Below, one piece after another: positions 1 to 9,917 of a stretch of 39,506 nucleotides of DNA. The notes beneath the pieces are model-generated. The model was not told where the DNA came from. It searched no databases and saw nothing but the letters and a program-made list of their open reading frames with translations. The stretch lies in assembly GCA_020439525.1 (NCBI GenBank), contig JAGQSL010000172.1, positions 1-39,506 of the forward strand. Reading direction: 5' to 3'. Source of the stretch: Acidimicrobiales bacterium (GTDB taxonomy: Bacteria; Actinomycetota; Acidimicrobiia; Acidimicrobiales; Iamiaceae). Numbering within the stretch: position 1 is the stretch's first letter; each line of letters opens with the position of its first letter. The position numbers and the translations under genes were made by a program.

Positions 1-2
1 GC

Positions 3-1145
3 CGCAAGTTCGCCAACGCTTCGCTAGAGGCGATCGGCCTCTCGCTCGAGGTGCGGGCGTTCGGCGTGAACGCCGAGGTCGCCGAACGCCTCTCGGAGGC
101 GACGAAGGCCGAGGTGCGTCCGATCTACGTGAGCCAGCTGCTCCAGCGGGTGGTCACGGCCGCGTACCAGCTGTTCGCCATCGCCATCTTGCTGATCGGG
201 CTGTGGGCGGTCTACGCGGTCATCGATCGGCCGTTGGCGGCACTCGGCGCGATCGTGGTGATGCTCGTCCGCTCGATGAACATGACCAGCAACCTCCAGG
301 GCTACTACCACACCATCGTGGAGGCGGCGCCGTTCACCGAGAACCTGGCGCGGGAACGGGCGCGCTTCCGTGCCTCGAAGCCGTCCTCGGGCGCGTTGGC
401 GACGCCCACCTCGCCGGAGCTCTTGTTCGATCACGTCAGCTACCGCTACGCCCCCAACGCCGCCCTGGCGCTCGACGACGTCAGCTTCACGATGCCCTTC
501 GGCGAGGCGGTGGGCGTGGTCGGTCCGTCGGGCAGCGGGAAGTCCACGCTGATCCAGGTGCTGCTGCGCCTGCGTGCTCCGGGCGAGGGCCAGTTCTTCG
601 TCGGCGGCACGCCGGCGGACGAGCTCGATGACGACCTGTGGTTCCGGCAGGTGGCCTTCGTCCCCCAGGACTGCCGGACCATCAACGACACCGTGCTCGA
701 GAACATCCGGTTCTTCCGGCCGTGGATCAGCGACGAGGAGGTGCACGAGGCCGCCCGCCGCGCCCACGTCCACGACGAGATCCTCGCCATGCCCGAGGGC
801 TACCTGACCCCGCTCGGGAGCCGTGGTGGCAGCCTCTCGGGCGGCCAGCGGCAGCGGGTGGCCATCGCCCGGGCCCTGGCCGCACGACCGCAGCTGCTGG
901 TGCTCGACGAGCCGACCTCGGCGCTCGACATGCGCAGCGAGTCGCGGGTGCACGAGACCCTCACCGAGCTGCAGGGGTCGGTGACGATGCTGATCATCGC
1001 CCACCGGCTGTCGACGCTCAACACGTGCGACCGGATCATGGTCCTGCACGACGGCCACCTGCAGGCGTTCGGCGAGCGGTCCGAGCTCGAAGCCGGCAAC
1101 GAGTTCTACCGGGAGGCGATCGCCCTCTCGAAGCTGCGGTCGTGA
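3..1145 (+). CDS. ABC transporter permease/ATP-binding fusion (MsbA/PglK-like exporter), 5'-truncated by the window edge
   Basis: Frame is open from base 3. Two TM helices precede Walker A GPSGSGKS, Q-loop FVPQD, signature LSGGQRQR, Walker B LLVLDE and H-loop IIAHR. Confidence 0.9.
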   Translation, partial: RKFANASLEAIGLSLEVRAFGVNAEVAERLSEATKAEVRPIYVSQLLQRVVTAAYQLFAIAILLIGLWAVYAVIDRPLAALGAIVVMLVRSMNMTSNLQGYYHTIVEAAPFTENLARERARFRASKPSSGALATPTSPELLFDHVSYRYAPNAALALDDVSFTMPFGEAVGVVGPSGSGKSTLIQVLLRLRAPGEGQFFVGGTPADELDDDLWFRQVAFVPQDCRTINDTVLENIRFFRPWISDEEVHEAARRAHVHDEILAMPEGYLTPLGSRGGSLSGGQRQRVAIARALAARPQLLVLDEPTSALDMRSESRVHETLTELQGSVTMLIIAHRLSTLNTCDRIMVLHDGHLQAFGERSELEAGNEFYREAIALSKLRS

Positions 1146-1900
1146 GCCGACGTCGGGCCTTCGAGGCCACCGGGATCGAGGTCTTCGAGCGGTTCGTCGG
1201 GCGTCCCGGCAGCGACTACATCGCCAGCGGCTACGCGCTCGGCACCATCGCCGAGATCGTCGAGCGCCGGCAGCCTCGCGCCGTGCTCGAGGTCGGCGCC
1301 GGCATCGGGACCATCACCACCGCGGTGCTCGAGGCGAGCGACCGGGCCGGCGGTGCCGTGCAGCACCACGTCGCCGTCGAGGACGTGCCGTTCTGCCTCG
1401 AGCAGCTCGCCGCGAACCTCGGCGCCCGCCGCGGCGAGGTGGAGGTCGTCGACCGGGCGCGCGACCTGCCGTCCGACGCGGGCCCCTTCGACCTGGTGAT
1501 CGTCGACGGCGGCTACACCGATGACCTCCTGCCGGAGCTGCGCTCGACCTTCGGGCCCGACGCGGTGGCGGCCGAGGTGGACGCGTGGACCGCCCTCGTG
1601 GCTCCCGGGGCCACCGTGCTCTTCGAGAACGAGCGTGGCGCCCAGCGGGCCCGCTTCGAGGCGCAGGTCGCTCGCCCGTTCGCCTACGAGCGTCGGCGCC
1701 CCTTCGACGGCACGCCTGGCGTGCACCTGTACCACCTCGAGCCGTCGCCGGCGCTGGTGGCCCGGGCCCGGGCCCGCTCGGCCGTCGACGCGGCGTGGCA
1801 CCCGCACGCGCTGCGCACGATCCGGCGCGTGAACCATCGCCTGGGTCGGCCGCCGCTCGGGGTTCGCCCGGCGGTGGCGCGAGGCGGCGACACCAGCTGA
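1142..1900 (+). CDS. Class I SAM-dependent methyltransferase
   Basis: GTG overlaps the upstream TGA (GTGA). SAM motif I VLEVGAGIGT and later DLVIVDG. Corresponds to the C-terminal part of track ORF 638..1900. Confidence 0.75.
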   Translation: MSRRRAFEATGIEVFERFVGRPGSDYIASGYALGTIAEIVERRQPRAVLEVGAGIGTITTAVLEASDRAGGAVQHHVAVEDVPFCLEQLAANLGARRGEVEVVDRARDLPSDAGPFDLVIVDGGYTDDLLPELRSTFGPDAVAAEVDAWTALVAPGATVLFENERGAQRARFEAQVARPFAYERRRPFDGTPGVHLYHLEPSPALVARARARSAVDAAWHPHALRTIRRVNHRLGRPPLGVRPAVARGGDTS

Positions 1901-1919
1901 GGCGCTCCGGGCCCGACGC

Positions 1920-4157
1920 TCAGAACCACTGCTCGAGGCGGTCGAGCGCGATCCAGAACCCCTCGCCGTCGTTCTTGTGGCCCTGCCAGATCTCGGGGAT
2001 GAACCCCACCCCGGGCGCGAGGCGATCGAGCTGCGCGGCCAGCACCGGCCAGTCGATGTCGCCTTCGCCGACCTGGATGCCCTCGCCGTCGGTCCCGTGG
2101 GCGTCGACCAGGTGGAGGTGGCGGACGTAGGGGCCCACCTCCTCCACGAACTCCGAGAAGCTGACGCCGCGGTGGTTGCACGCCAGCTTGGAGTGCGACA
2201 CGTCGAGGCACAGGCCGATGCCCGCGTCCCGCGCGAACTGCGCGGTGTCGGCGGCGTCCACGAAGAGGTTGCAGTGCAGCTGCCCGCCGAGGTACCAGGG
2301 GAAGGGGGGGAGCGTCTGGGCGACGACCTCGACGCCGGTCAGGTCGAGGCGCGAGAGGCCCTCGATGACCCGGTCGTAGCGGGCGGCGCGCTCGGTGACG
2401 GCGAGCGGGTGGTCGGCGCTGAACCCGCCGAGGCTGACGATGACGATGGGGTCCTCGGTCCCGGTGAACGACGCGGCGATCGTGCGGGCGACGTCGAGGG
2501 TGCGGGCCAGCTCGTCGAGCGAGCGCTGCCACCAGGCGTCGTCGTCGGCCGCCAGGTTCAAGATGTGATCGCCGGGGAACAGGTCGGGGCTGTGCACCGC
2601 GCAGGCGAGGTCGAGCGGCTGGGGCAGGAAGGTCGCCGGGTCGAGGTCGAGGTCCTGGTACGACAGGTGGAACTCCACGAAGTCGGGCTTGGCCTTGGCG
2701 ACGATCGCGTCGAGGTCGTGGTAGCGCACCGGGAGGCCCCACGGTCGCCGGAAGGCGTAGTCGCGGGCGTCGACGCGATGGTCGTCGAGGTCGGACGGGT
2801 AGAAGAAGTCATCGGCGGCCACGGCGCGCGCCAGGGTCCTCCCGATGAGCTCGCCACGGCGGTTGGGCTGGAGGCCACGCCCGGGGCTCTTCACCTTCAC
2901 GGCGTCGCTGGTCACGACCTCGCCCGCCGCGAGGTCGCGGGCGGCGACGAGGCTCTTGGCCAGCGTGACCCGGTTCATCGCCTCGCCCTGGCTGATCGTG
3001 CGCACCTCGCCCGTGCCGAGGCTCTCCTCGACCTGGCGGATCTCGCTCACCATGCGAGCCATCTCCCCGGGCAGGAGGCTCACCTTGTGGTCGTTGCCCT
3101 CGAGCGAGCGGTCGGTGGTGAGGTGCTTCTCGATGATCCTCGCCCCGAGCGCGACGGCGGCGAGGGGGACGTGCCACCCCCGCTCGTGGCCCGAGTAGCC
3201 GACGGGGCAGCCGCCGATGCGGCGGAGCGCGTCGAGGTAGCGCAGGTTCACGTCCTTGTAGGGCGACGGGTAGGTGCTGTTGCACTGGAGCAGGGCGTAG
3301 GCGGCACCGTGGCGCTGCAGCACCTCGACGGTCTGGATGATCTCGGCGTCGGTGGACATGCCGGTGGACACCAGGACGGGCTTGCCCGTGTCGGCGATGG
3401 CGGCCACCAGGTCGTGGTTGGTGAGGTCGGCGGAGGCGACCTTGTAGCCGGCCAGGCCGTAGGCCTCGAGCAGCTCCAGGCTGGCGACGTCCCACGGCGT
3501 GCACAGCGGCACGATGCCGAGCTCGGTGCAGCGATCGAACGCCCGGTACAGGTCCTCGGCGGGGAGGTGGAAGCGGTCCAGCAGGTCGAGGGTGTACTGG
3601 GCGCCGAGGTCCTCGCCCTCTCGACCGCTCGTCCGGTAGAGCGAGTCCAGGTCGCGCAGCTGGAACTTGGCGCAGTCGACCCCCGCCTCGGCGGCCCGCT
3701 CGACGAGCTCGAGGGCGGCATCGACGCTGCCGTTGTGGTTGATCCCGATCTCGGCGATCACGAAGGTCGGCGATCCGTCGCCGATCGTGCGGTCGCCGAT
3801 GCGCAGCTCGCCCTGGCCGGCGGTGGCGATGGCCACCAGGTGGCCCTGCTCGTCGACCACGGGGACGAACCGCACCCGATCGTCGAGGAGGGCGGCGAGC
3901 GCGTCGGGGTCGGCCCCGAGCGGGGCGCGCCGAGGGTTCGGGTTGGCGATCTCTCGGACCGGTCGATGCAGGTCCAGCTCGTGCTGGTCCAGCACCCACC
4001 GCCGGAAGTCGCCGTCGGTGAGCACCCCGGCGAGGCGGCCGTCTCGCTCGACGAGGAAGACCGCGCCGTGCTTGTGCTCGGAGATGTGGGCGAGGGCGTC
4101 GACGATGGGCGCATCGGCGGCGCAGCTCCACGGTCGCAGGTCGCGGGTGATGATCAC
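1920..4157 (-). CDS. neuB: N-acetylneuraminate (nonulosonate) synthase family protein: CBS pair + NeuB + SAF + C-terminal xylose-isomerase/AP-endonuclease-2-like TIM barrel
   Basis: CBS motif GVLTDGDFRR. NeuB motifs IAEIGINHNG, AKFQ, YKVASAD, STGMS, CNSTYP, GYSGHE, IIEKH. SAF VKSPGRGL. TIM barrel CLDVSH, HLHLVDA, GEGDIDW, FIPEIW. SD AAGGAG at 4163-4168. Confidence 0.92.
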   Translation of the reverse strand: MIITRDLRPWSCAADAPIVDALAHISEHKHGAVFLVERDGRLAGVLTDGDFRRWVLDQHELDLHRPVREIANPNPRRAPLGADPDALAALLDDRVRFVPVVDEQGHLVAIATAGQGELRIGDRTIGDGSPTFVIAEIGINHNGSVDAALELVERAAEAGVDCAKFQLRDLDSLYRTSGREGEDLGAQYTLDLLDRFHLPAEDLYRAFDRCTELGIVPLCTPWDVASLELLEAYGLAGYKVASADLTNHDLVAAIADTGKPVLVSTGMSTDAEIIQTVEVLQRHGAAYALLQCNSTYPSPYKDVNLRYLDALRRIGGCPVGYSGHERGWHVPLAAVALGARIIEKHLTTDRSLEGNDHKVSLLPGEMARMVSEIRQVEESLGTGEVRTISQGEAMNRVTLAKSLVAARDLAAGEVVTSDAVKVKSPGRGLQPNRRGELIGRTLARAVAADDFFYPSDLDDHRVDARDYAFRRPWGLPVRYHDLDAIVAKAKPDFVEFHLSYQDLDLDPATFLPQPLDLACAVHSPDLFPGDHILNLAADDDAWWQRSLDELARTLDVARTIAASFTGTEDPIVIVSLGGFSADHPLAVTERAARYDRVIEGLSRLDLTGVEVVAQTLPPFPWYLGGQLHCNLFVDAADTAQFARDAGIGLCLDVSHSKLACNHRGVSFSEFVEEVGPYVRHLHLVDAHGTDGEGIQVGEGDIDWPVLAAQLDRLAPGVGFIPEIWQGHKNDGEGFWIALDRLEQWF

Positions 4158-4224
4158 GTTGCTCCTTCGCCCCGGGCCGGCGCTCGACTCGGTCCGGCGC
4201 CCCCCGGCGGACTCGTCGGGGACG

Positions 4225-4230
4225 ATCCTA
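4225..4230 (-). promoter_or_regulatory. Putative -10 element (TAGGAT) for neuB, overlapping the wzy stop codon
   Basis: TAnnnT hexamer about 70 nt upstream of the neuB GTG, followed by a leader with an SD. Confidence 0.35.
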
Positions 4231-5778
4231 GAGGGCGGCGCCCGGTACCTCGGCGGTCGGGTCCCAGGATCGATCGGGGCGCGCCCGGGCGACGGGCACC
4301 GGCCGGCGTCGGCGTCCGTCGTGCTCCTCGACCGGTGCGTCTCGGACCTCGTCCTCGCCGACCACCCGGATGAACGCCACGGCGAAGGCGAACGCGACCG
4401 CGACGATGCGGATGTTCGCGTAGAACATCTGGGCCATCGACCACACGAGGAACGTGACGGCGAGGTAGCGATCGTTGGTGGCGCGCACGATCGCTCCCCA
4501 GGCCAGCGAGAGCAAGATCACCAGGGAGACGATCCCGACGGCCCCGTGCTCGCTCAGCATGCGGGTGAACTCGGTGTGGGAGGACGCTTCGTCCTTGCAC
4601 GCGTCGTTGCGGAGCTTGCACACGTCGTAGCTGAGGCGCTGGTACTTGGTCATCCCGGGGCCGACACCGAAGATCGGGTGCTCGGCGAACACGTCGAGGT
4701 CGCTCGATGCCAGGTCGGTGCGGCCGGTCTCGGTGTTGGTGAACCGCTCCTTGAAGGCGCCCTGCGTGAAGTTGTCGAGGCGCGGGATCACCACGAAGTA
4801 CCCGAGCGCGAACACGACCGCGACGACGGCGACCGCCCGGCGCCGACCCTGCGGGTTGTTGGCCAGCATCAGCGCGAGCGCCGCCACGGCGAAGGCCGTG
4901 GAGAACATGCCGCCGCGGCTGAAGGTCAGCAGGCTCTGCACGGCGGCGGCGGCGCCGACCAGCCCGGCGAGGACGCGCGCCACGAACTCGGTCTCGACGA
5001 TGGCGAGCAGGACGCAGGCGAGCACCGTCAGGCCGAGCACGCTCGACACCTGCACGGGCCCGAAGCCGCCGCTCGCGGTGAAGTTCGAGGCGTCGCTGAA
5101 GACGAGCTGCTCACCGGTGCCGAGGTAGTCGCTCAGGTTGGTCGCGGCGATGGCGAGCGGGCCGACGCCCGTGATCGCCAGCGTCCAGAGCATCCGCCGG
5201 TACAGCCACGGTGCGACGGCGACCTGGCTCAGCCAGACGATCAGGACGGCGATCGCGAGCGGCCCGGCGAGGCTGAACGCGATCAGCTGCCGAGCGTTGC
5301 CCGCCGTGGCGGCGATGGTGAGCGTTGCGGACGGGATGAGCAGGCCCACGTACAGCAGGGCCCGTCGGCCCAGGTGGTTGATGGCCGGGTACACCAAGAT
5401 CACGGCGAGCACCGAGATCAGGATCATCAGGTAGGGGCCGAGCTGGTAGGGCACCGGGGCGCGGGCCTGGCGCCAGACGATCTCGGCGCCGGTGATGTAC
5501 GCGCTCAGCAGGAGGCACAGCATCGCGTCGCGGCGGGCGACGGCGTAGACGACGAGGCCCACGATGACCGCGGCCTGCACCAGCCCGACGGTGGGCCGGA
5601 GGAAGATGACGCGGCCCAGCACCGCTTGGGCCATCACGAGCACGAGCAGGAGCGCTGGCCGGGGCAGGGCGACGCGTTGGGGCTCGGCCCCGAACGTGAC
5701 GGTGCCGGTCCCCCGGGGATCCGTCCGAGCCTGGACGACGGGGTGGAGGCGGACCGTCTCCAGCGGCTCCGGGGTCAT
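4228..5778 (-). CDS. O-antigen ligase / Wzy polymerase family membrane protein
   Basis: ATG overlaps the wzc stop (ATGA). About ten hydrophobic segments, with Wzy_C-like motifs LLTFSRGG, HPIFGVGPG and SHTEFTRMLSEHG. Confidence 0.85.
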   Translation of the reverse strand: MTPEPLETVRLHPVVQARTDPRGTGTVTFGAEPQRVALPRPALLLVLVMAQAVLGRVIFLRPTVGLVQAAVIVGLVVYAVARRDAMLCLLLSAYITGAEIVWRQARAPVPYQLGPYLMILISVLAVILVYPAINHLGRRALLYVGLLIPSATLTIAATAGNARQLIAFSLAGPLAIAVLIVWLSQVAVAPWLYRRMLWTLAITGVGPLAIAATNLSDYLGTGEQLVFSDASNFTASGGFGPVQVSSVLGLTVLACVLLAIVETEFVARVLAGLVGAAAAVQSLLTFSRGGMFSTAFAVAALALMLANNPQGRRRAVAVVAVVFALGYFVVIPRLDNFTQGAFKERFTNTETGRTDLASSDLDVFAEHPIFGVGPGMTKYQRLSYDVCKLRNDACKDEASSHTEFTRMLSEHGAVGIVSLVILLSLAWGAIVRATNDRYLAVTFLVWSMAQMFYANIRIVAVAFAFAVAFIRVVGEDEVRDAPVEEHDGRRRRPVPVARARPDRSWDPTAEVPGAAL

Positions 5779-7568
5779 GACCTGCTGGTGGCGGGCTCGT
5801 CCTCGTTCGTGGGGACCATCGTCTCGGAAGGAGCCTCGGGCTCGCCCTGGCCCTCGCCCTCGTCGGCACCGACGGGGAGGGCGGTGCGCGTCAGGGCGGC
5901 GGTGTCGGGCCCACGGCGACCGAGCAGCCGATCGAGGAACGGGATGCGCGATCGGCTGGTGTAGCCGTAGTACTCGAGGAAGGAGTTGTAGGTCGACTCC
6001 ACCGGGACGCCGTTGAGCACGGTGCCGAGCATCGGGCAGCCGACCTGGGAGAGCAGGTCGACCCCGTGGCGGACCACCCGCCGGGTGGTCCGGTTGGCGG
6101 CGGCGAGGTAGATCGCGCCGTCGACGCACCGGCTCAGCACGAGCGCATCGGTCACGGGGAGGACCGGCGGGCAGTCGAGCAGCACGATGGAGTACCGCCC
6201 GGCGAGCTCCTCGATGATCCGTGCCGTGCGGTTGACGCTGAGCAGCTCGGAGGGGTTGGGCGGCCGGGGCCCCGACGCCAGCACGTCGATGTTCGGATGG
6301 AGCGGCGAGGTCTGGAGGGCCTCGTCGAGCGTGAGGTCGCCGAGCACGACCGAGGTGAACCCGACGTTGCCGTCCACCTGCAGGAACCGGTGGATGCGCG
6401 GCTTGCGCAGGTCGCAGCCCACGACGGCGACGCGCTTGCCCGCCTGCGCGAACGCGAGCGCGAGGTTGGACACGACCGTGGTCTTGCCCTCGCCCGAGCC
6501 CGAGCTCGTCACCTGGAGCACCCGGGTGGGGCGCTCCACCTCGATGTACTGGATCGCCGTGCGCAGGCCGCGGTAGGCCTCGGCGACCGCGGACATCGGA
6601 TCGGTGGCGGTGACCAGCGTCGGCGAGCTGCTCTCCCGCCACGAGTGGTCGAGCGGGACCACACCGATCACCGGCAGGTCCTTGATCGCCCGCTCGAGGT
6701 CGTCCTTGGTCCGCAGCGAGTCGTCGAGCTGGTCGCGCAGGAACGCCGCCGCGATCCCGAGGAAGAGCCCGACGGCGAGCGCCTGGATGACATCGGTCAT
6801 GATCGTGGGCGAGATCGGCGCGGAGGGGACGGTGGCGGGGTTCAGGACCTGGACGCCGCCGGTCGTGTTCAGCCGCTCGCTGAGCTGCAGCTGGTTGAGC
6901 GTCGTCTTGTACTGGTCGAGGCTCGCCTGGGCGGCGGCTCGCTCCGCATCGGTCTGCTGGCGGACCTGCTCGCGCTGAGCGTTGAGCCTGCTGTACTCCA
7001 GGCTGCTCGGATCGGTGAGGAGGATCCGGTTGTCGAGCTCGGCGACGGGGGCGTTGATCTCGTCGACCTGGGCCTGGAAGGCGTCGATCTGCTCCTGCAC
7101 GACCTTCTTGGTCTCGACGATGTCGGCGGTGAGGGCGGTGAGCCGGCTCGTCTGGTACACGGAGGCGTACGTGTTGACCCGCTCGGCCGCCTCCTCCCCG
7201 TTGTCGGCCGTCGCCGAGAGGATGAAGACGTCGTCGTCGCCGCCGGCGGTGGCGGTCACGGAGACGGGGGAGCCGTACTCCTTGGCCACCGCCTCGCGGA
7301 TGGCGCTGCTGTTCACGATCCGCAGCTCGTTCTGCAGGGCGCGGGCCGGATCGGTCGGTGAGCCGAACGGGTTCAAGATGTTGTCGGACTGCTTGCCCTG
7401 GAGCAGCATCTGGGTCGACGCCCGGTACACGGGGGTGGCGCGCAGGTCGGTGTAGAGGGTGAAGCCCACGAGGATCACGACGGTGCCGACGACGTAGATC
7501 CAGCGCCGGCGCAAGATGTCGAGGTACTGGTTGAGGTTGACCTCGGACCTGTCCTGGGTCGCGTACAT
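5775..7568 (-). CDS. wzc: Polysaccharide co-polymerase / BY-kinase tyrosine autokinase (Wzc)
   Basis: Wzz-like N-terminus with TM and coiled coil, second TM, AEAYRGLRT, Walker A SSGSGEGKT, A' GCDLRKP, Walker B LLDCPP, Tyr cluster YNSFLEYYGY. SD AGGAG upstream. Confidence 0.92.
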   Translation of the reverse strand: MYATQDRSEVNLNQYLDILRRRWIYVVGTVVILVGFTLYTDLRATPVYRASTQMLLQGKQSDNILNPFGSPTDPARALQNELRIVNSSAIREAVAKEYGSPVSVTATAGGDDDVFILSATADNGEEAAERVNTYASVYQTSRLTALTADIVETKKVVQEQIDAFQAQVDEINAPVAELDNRILLTDPSSLEYSRLNAQREQVRQQTDAERAAAQASLDQYKTTLNQLQLSERLNTTGGVQVLNPATVPSAPISPTIMTDVIQALAVGLFLGIAAAFLRDQLDDSLRTKDDLERAIKDLPVIGVVPLDHSWRESSSPTLVTATDPMSAVAEAYRGLRTAIQYIEVERPTRVLQVTSSGSGEGKTTVVSNLALAFAQAGKRVAVVGCDLRKPRIHRFLQVDGNVGFTSVVLGDLTLDEALQTSPLHPNIDVLASGPRPPNPSELLSVNRTARIIEELAGRYSIVLLDCPPVLPVTDALVLSRCVDGAIYLAAANRTTRRVVRHGVDLLSQVGCPMLGTVLNGVPVESTYNSFLEYYGYTSRSRIPFLDRLLGRRGPDTAALTRTALPVGADEGEGQGEPEAPSETMVPTNEDEPATSRS

Positions 7569-7640
7569 CCCCTGATCTCCTGCCCCCCGGTCAGGGCTAC
7601 GACAACCGTCCCGCAGCAGTATGCCGCATGGGGCTTCTCC

Positions 7641-8789
7641 TCAACGATCGGGTGAGCGCCCGAGCACCCGCCGGTACGTCGCCGCCACCGCCCGGGTCAG
7701 GTGGGCCTGGTCGAACCGCTCCTCCGCCAGCGCTCGGCCCCGCTCGCCCATCGCCCGCCGGCCGGTGTCGCCGAGCTGGACGATCGCCTCGATCGCGGCG
7801 GCGAGGCCGGCCGGATCACGTGGCTCGGGGACGAAGCCGACCTGGTCGGATCGGATCGATCTGGTGATCTCCCCCGTGTCGGAGGCCACGAACGGCAGCC
7901 CGGCGGCGAGGTACTCCAGCACGGCCACGGGACCGGTCTCGTTCTTGGTGGCCAGCAGGCCGCCGTCCGCGCCGGCCAGGAGGGCGGGGACGTCGTCGCG
8001 CGGCCCGACGACGCGGAGGCTGCCTTCGACGCCGAGCGACCGGGCGAGGGCGGCGCAGCGCTGGGGGTAGTCGGTGTCCGACGGGATCCGACCGACGATC
8101 ACGACGCCCAGCCGCTGGCGGACGCTCGGCTCGAGCGCCGCCAGCGCCCGGTAGAGGGTCGGCTGGTCCTTCTGGTGCCGGAAGTGGGCGAGCATCACGA
8201 GCACCACCTCGCGATCGGCGAGGTCGAACGTGGCGCGGAGGTCGACGGGAGCGACGTCGCGGAACCGCCGGACGTCGACGCCGTTGACGGCGAGGGTCAC
8301 GCGCTCGGGCGGGAGCCCGACCGCCTCGATCGCCCAGCGGCACAGCCGGCGGTCGACGCCGAGGTAGTGGTCGACGCCACTCCGCAGCGGGGCCCGAAGC
8401 GACCAGGGAGCCGACCGATCCAGGTGCAGCGCCCCGTAGTGGTCGTGGAAGACGTGCGGGATCGCGGCCAGGCCCGCCCGGCGGGCCAGGGCGACGAACT
8501 GCATCGTCCCTCGCCCGTGGCTGTGGATGACGTCGATCTCCTGCGTGCGGACGAAGCGGACGAAGCGAGCCAGCCCCCGAGGGTCCCATCGGCGTCGCCG
8601 CCCGAGCACCTCGACCGCGACGTCGGGTGCGAGCTCGTCGCGCATGGGCCCGTCGTGCCGGGTGGAGCACACCACGACCTCGTGGTGCTCCCGGTCGAGG
8701 GAGTTCGACAGGTCGACCGCGACCCGTTCGGCGCCACCGACGGCGAGCGTGTCGAGGGCGGTGAGGACCCGGATCCGCCCGCCGCTCAT
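7641..8789 (-). CDS. Glycosyltransferase family 4
   Basis: ATG overlaps the upstream stop (ATGA). LDTLAVGGAERV, IHSHG, HDHYG, RHQKD, and E-x7-E motif ETGPVAVLE. Confidence 0.88.
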   Translation of the reverse strand: MSGGRIRVLTALDTLAVGGAERVAVDLSNSLDREHHEVVVCSTRHDGPMRDELAPDVAVEVLGRRRRWDPRGLARFVRFVRTQEIDVIHSHGRGTMQFVALARRAGLAAIPHVFHDHYGALHLDRSAPWSLRAPLRSGVDHYLGVDRRLCRWAIEAVGLPPERVTLAVNGVDVRRFRDVAPVDLRATFDLADREVVLVMLAHFRHQKDQPTLYRALAALEPSVRQRLGVVIVGRIPSDTDYPQRCAALARSLGVEGSLRVVGPRDDVPALLAGADGGLLATKNETGPVAVLEYLAAGLPFVASDTGEITRSIRSDQVGFVPEPRDPAGLAAAIEAIVQLGDTGRRAMGERGRALAEERFDQAHLTRAVAATYRRVLGRSPDR

Positions 8790-9871
8790 CGTCGGGCCGA
8801 TCCCCGTCGGGCCGCCGCACCGAGGGCGCGGACCACGTCGGCGGCCACGGCCCGCACGGCCGCCCCGTCGTGGCCGTAGCCTCCCTGCCGCGCCTCGGCC
8901 AGCACGGCACGGGTGCGATGGCGGCCCATCGCGGCAGTCTCGGCGCGGTGGCGATGGTGCCGGGCGACGGCGGCGAGCTCCCGCGCGGCCTCCTCGTCGC
9001 CGCCGCAATCGCCCCGGGCCGCCGCCGCCTCGAGCTGCTGGGCCGCCACGAGGTGGGCTCGAACGAACTCGTCGCTCGCGTCGGTGGCGGCGCGCTGCGC
9101 CGTGCGTCTCAGCCGGCGTGCCCGGACGGTCGGGCGATCGAGGCCCGTGGCCTGGTCGTCGTGCACCCGGAAGTCGAGCAGGCGCTCGTCGAGCGCCACC
9201 ACCGTGCCGATGGTGGCCGCCACGAGCGCGATCCACCGGTCGTGACCCATCGGCGACGCGGGGTCGTCGAGGACCTCGGGGAAGGGGAGGGCCAGATCGA
9301 TCGCTCGGCGCCGTACGACCATGGTGCAGCCGGTGGCGACCGGTCGGCGGGCGATCGTGCCGGCCTCCACCACGGGGTGGGCTCGCAGGTGGCCACGCTG
9401 GTCGCGCGCCGCCCAGAGCGAGCGGCTCGGGCGCGCGATCGGCGATCGGCGGTGCGTGGGCCGGCCCCGGGCGTCGATCAGGCCGGCGTCGGAGAAGAGG
9501 AGGCTGATGGTGGGATCCTCGTCGAGCAGCTCCATCGTGCGCCGGAGCTTCCCCGGGTGCCACACGTCGTCCTGGTCGGCGAGCGCCACCACGGCACCCG
9601 TCGCCCTCCCCAGCGCTCGCTCGAAGTTGCGGGTCGGCCCCAGCCGGACGTCGTTGACCTCGACCGACACGGCGAAGGGCGCGGTCCGCTCGAAGGAGCG
9701 GAGCAGGTCGAGCGTGCCGTCGCTCGAGCCGTCGTCCCCCACGATGAGCTCGTCGGGGAGCCGGGTCTGCGCGGCCAGCGAGGCGAGCATCGGGGGGAGC
9801 CAGCGCGCGCCCTCGTAGGTGCAGAGCACCACGCTGAGGTCGCTTCGACGGTCCTCGCCCTCCTCCTCCAA
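8786..9871 (-). CDS. Glycosyltransferase family 2 (rhamnosyltransferase-like)
   Basis: SVVLCTYEG, DDGSSDGT, ALADQDDVW, GCTM, HDRWI. TTG start chosen for the AGGAG SD upstream; start uncertain. Confidence 0.85.
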   Translation of the reverse strand: MEEEGEDRRSDLSVVLCTYEGARWLPPMLASLAAQTRLPDELIVGDDGSSDGTLDLLRSFERTAPFAVSVEVNDVRLGPTRNFERALGRATGAVVALADQDDVWHPGKLRRTMELLDEDPTISLLFSDAGLIDARGRPTHRRSPIARPSRSLWAARDQRGHLRAHPVVEAGTIARRPVATGCTMVVRRRAIDLALPFPEVLDDPASPMGHDRWIALVAATIGTVVALDERLLDFRVHDDQATGLDRPTVRARRLRRTAQRAATDASDEFVRAHLVAAQQLEAAAARGDCGGDEEAARELAAVARHHRHRAETAAMGRHRTRAVLAEARQGGYGHDGAAVRAVAADVVRALGAAARRGSARR

Positions 9872-9917
9872 CCTCGACGCTCCTGCCCTCGTTGCTCGCG
9901 GTCTCCGGGCTCGCACC

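Noticed and set aside
1977-4373. 798-aa ORF antisense to neuB, and many similar long shadow ORFs (24..1058, 3667..5964, 18423..20885, 25887..28091)
   Set aside because: Stop-poor alternative frames are expected in very high-GC DNA. They have no motifs and fully overlap well-supported genes.
7570-7596. CCCTGA/TCAGGG stem around the wzc SD as a regulatory RNA
   Set aside because: Only 6-7 bp with a long loop, which is expected by chance at this GC content.
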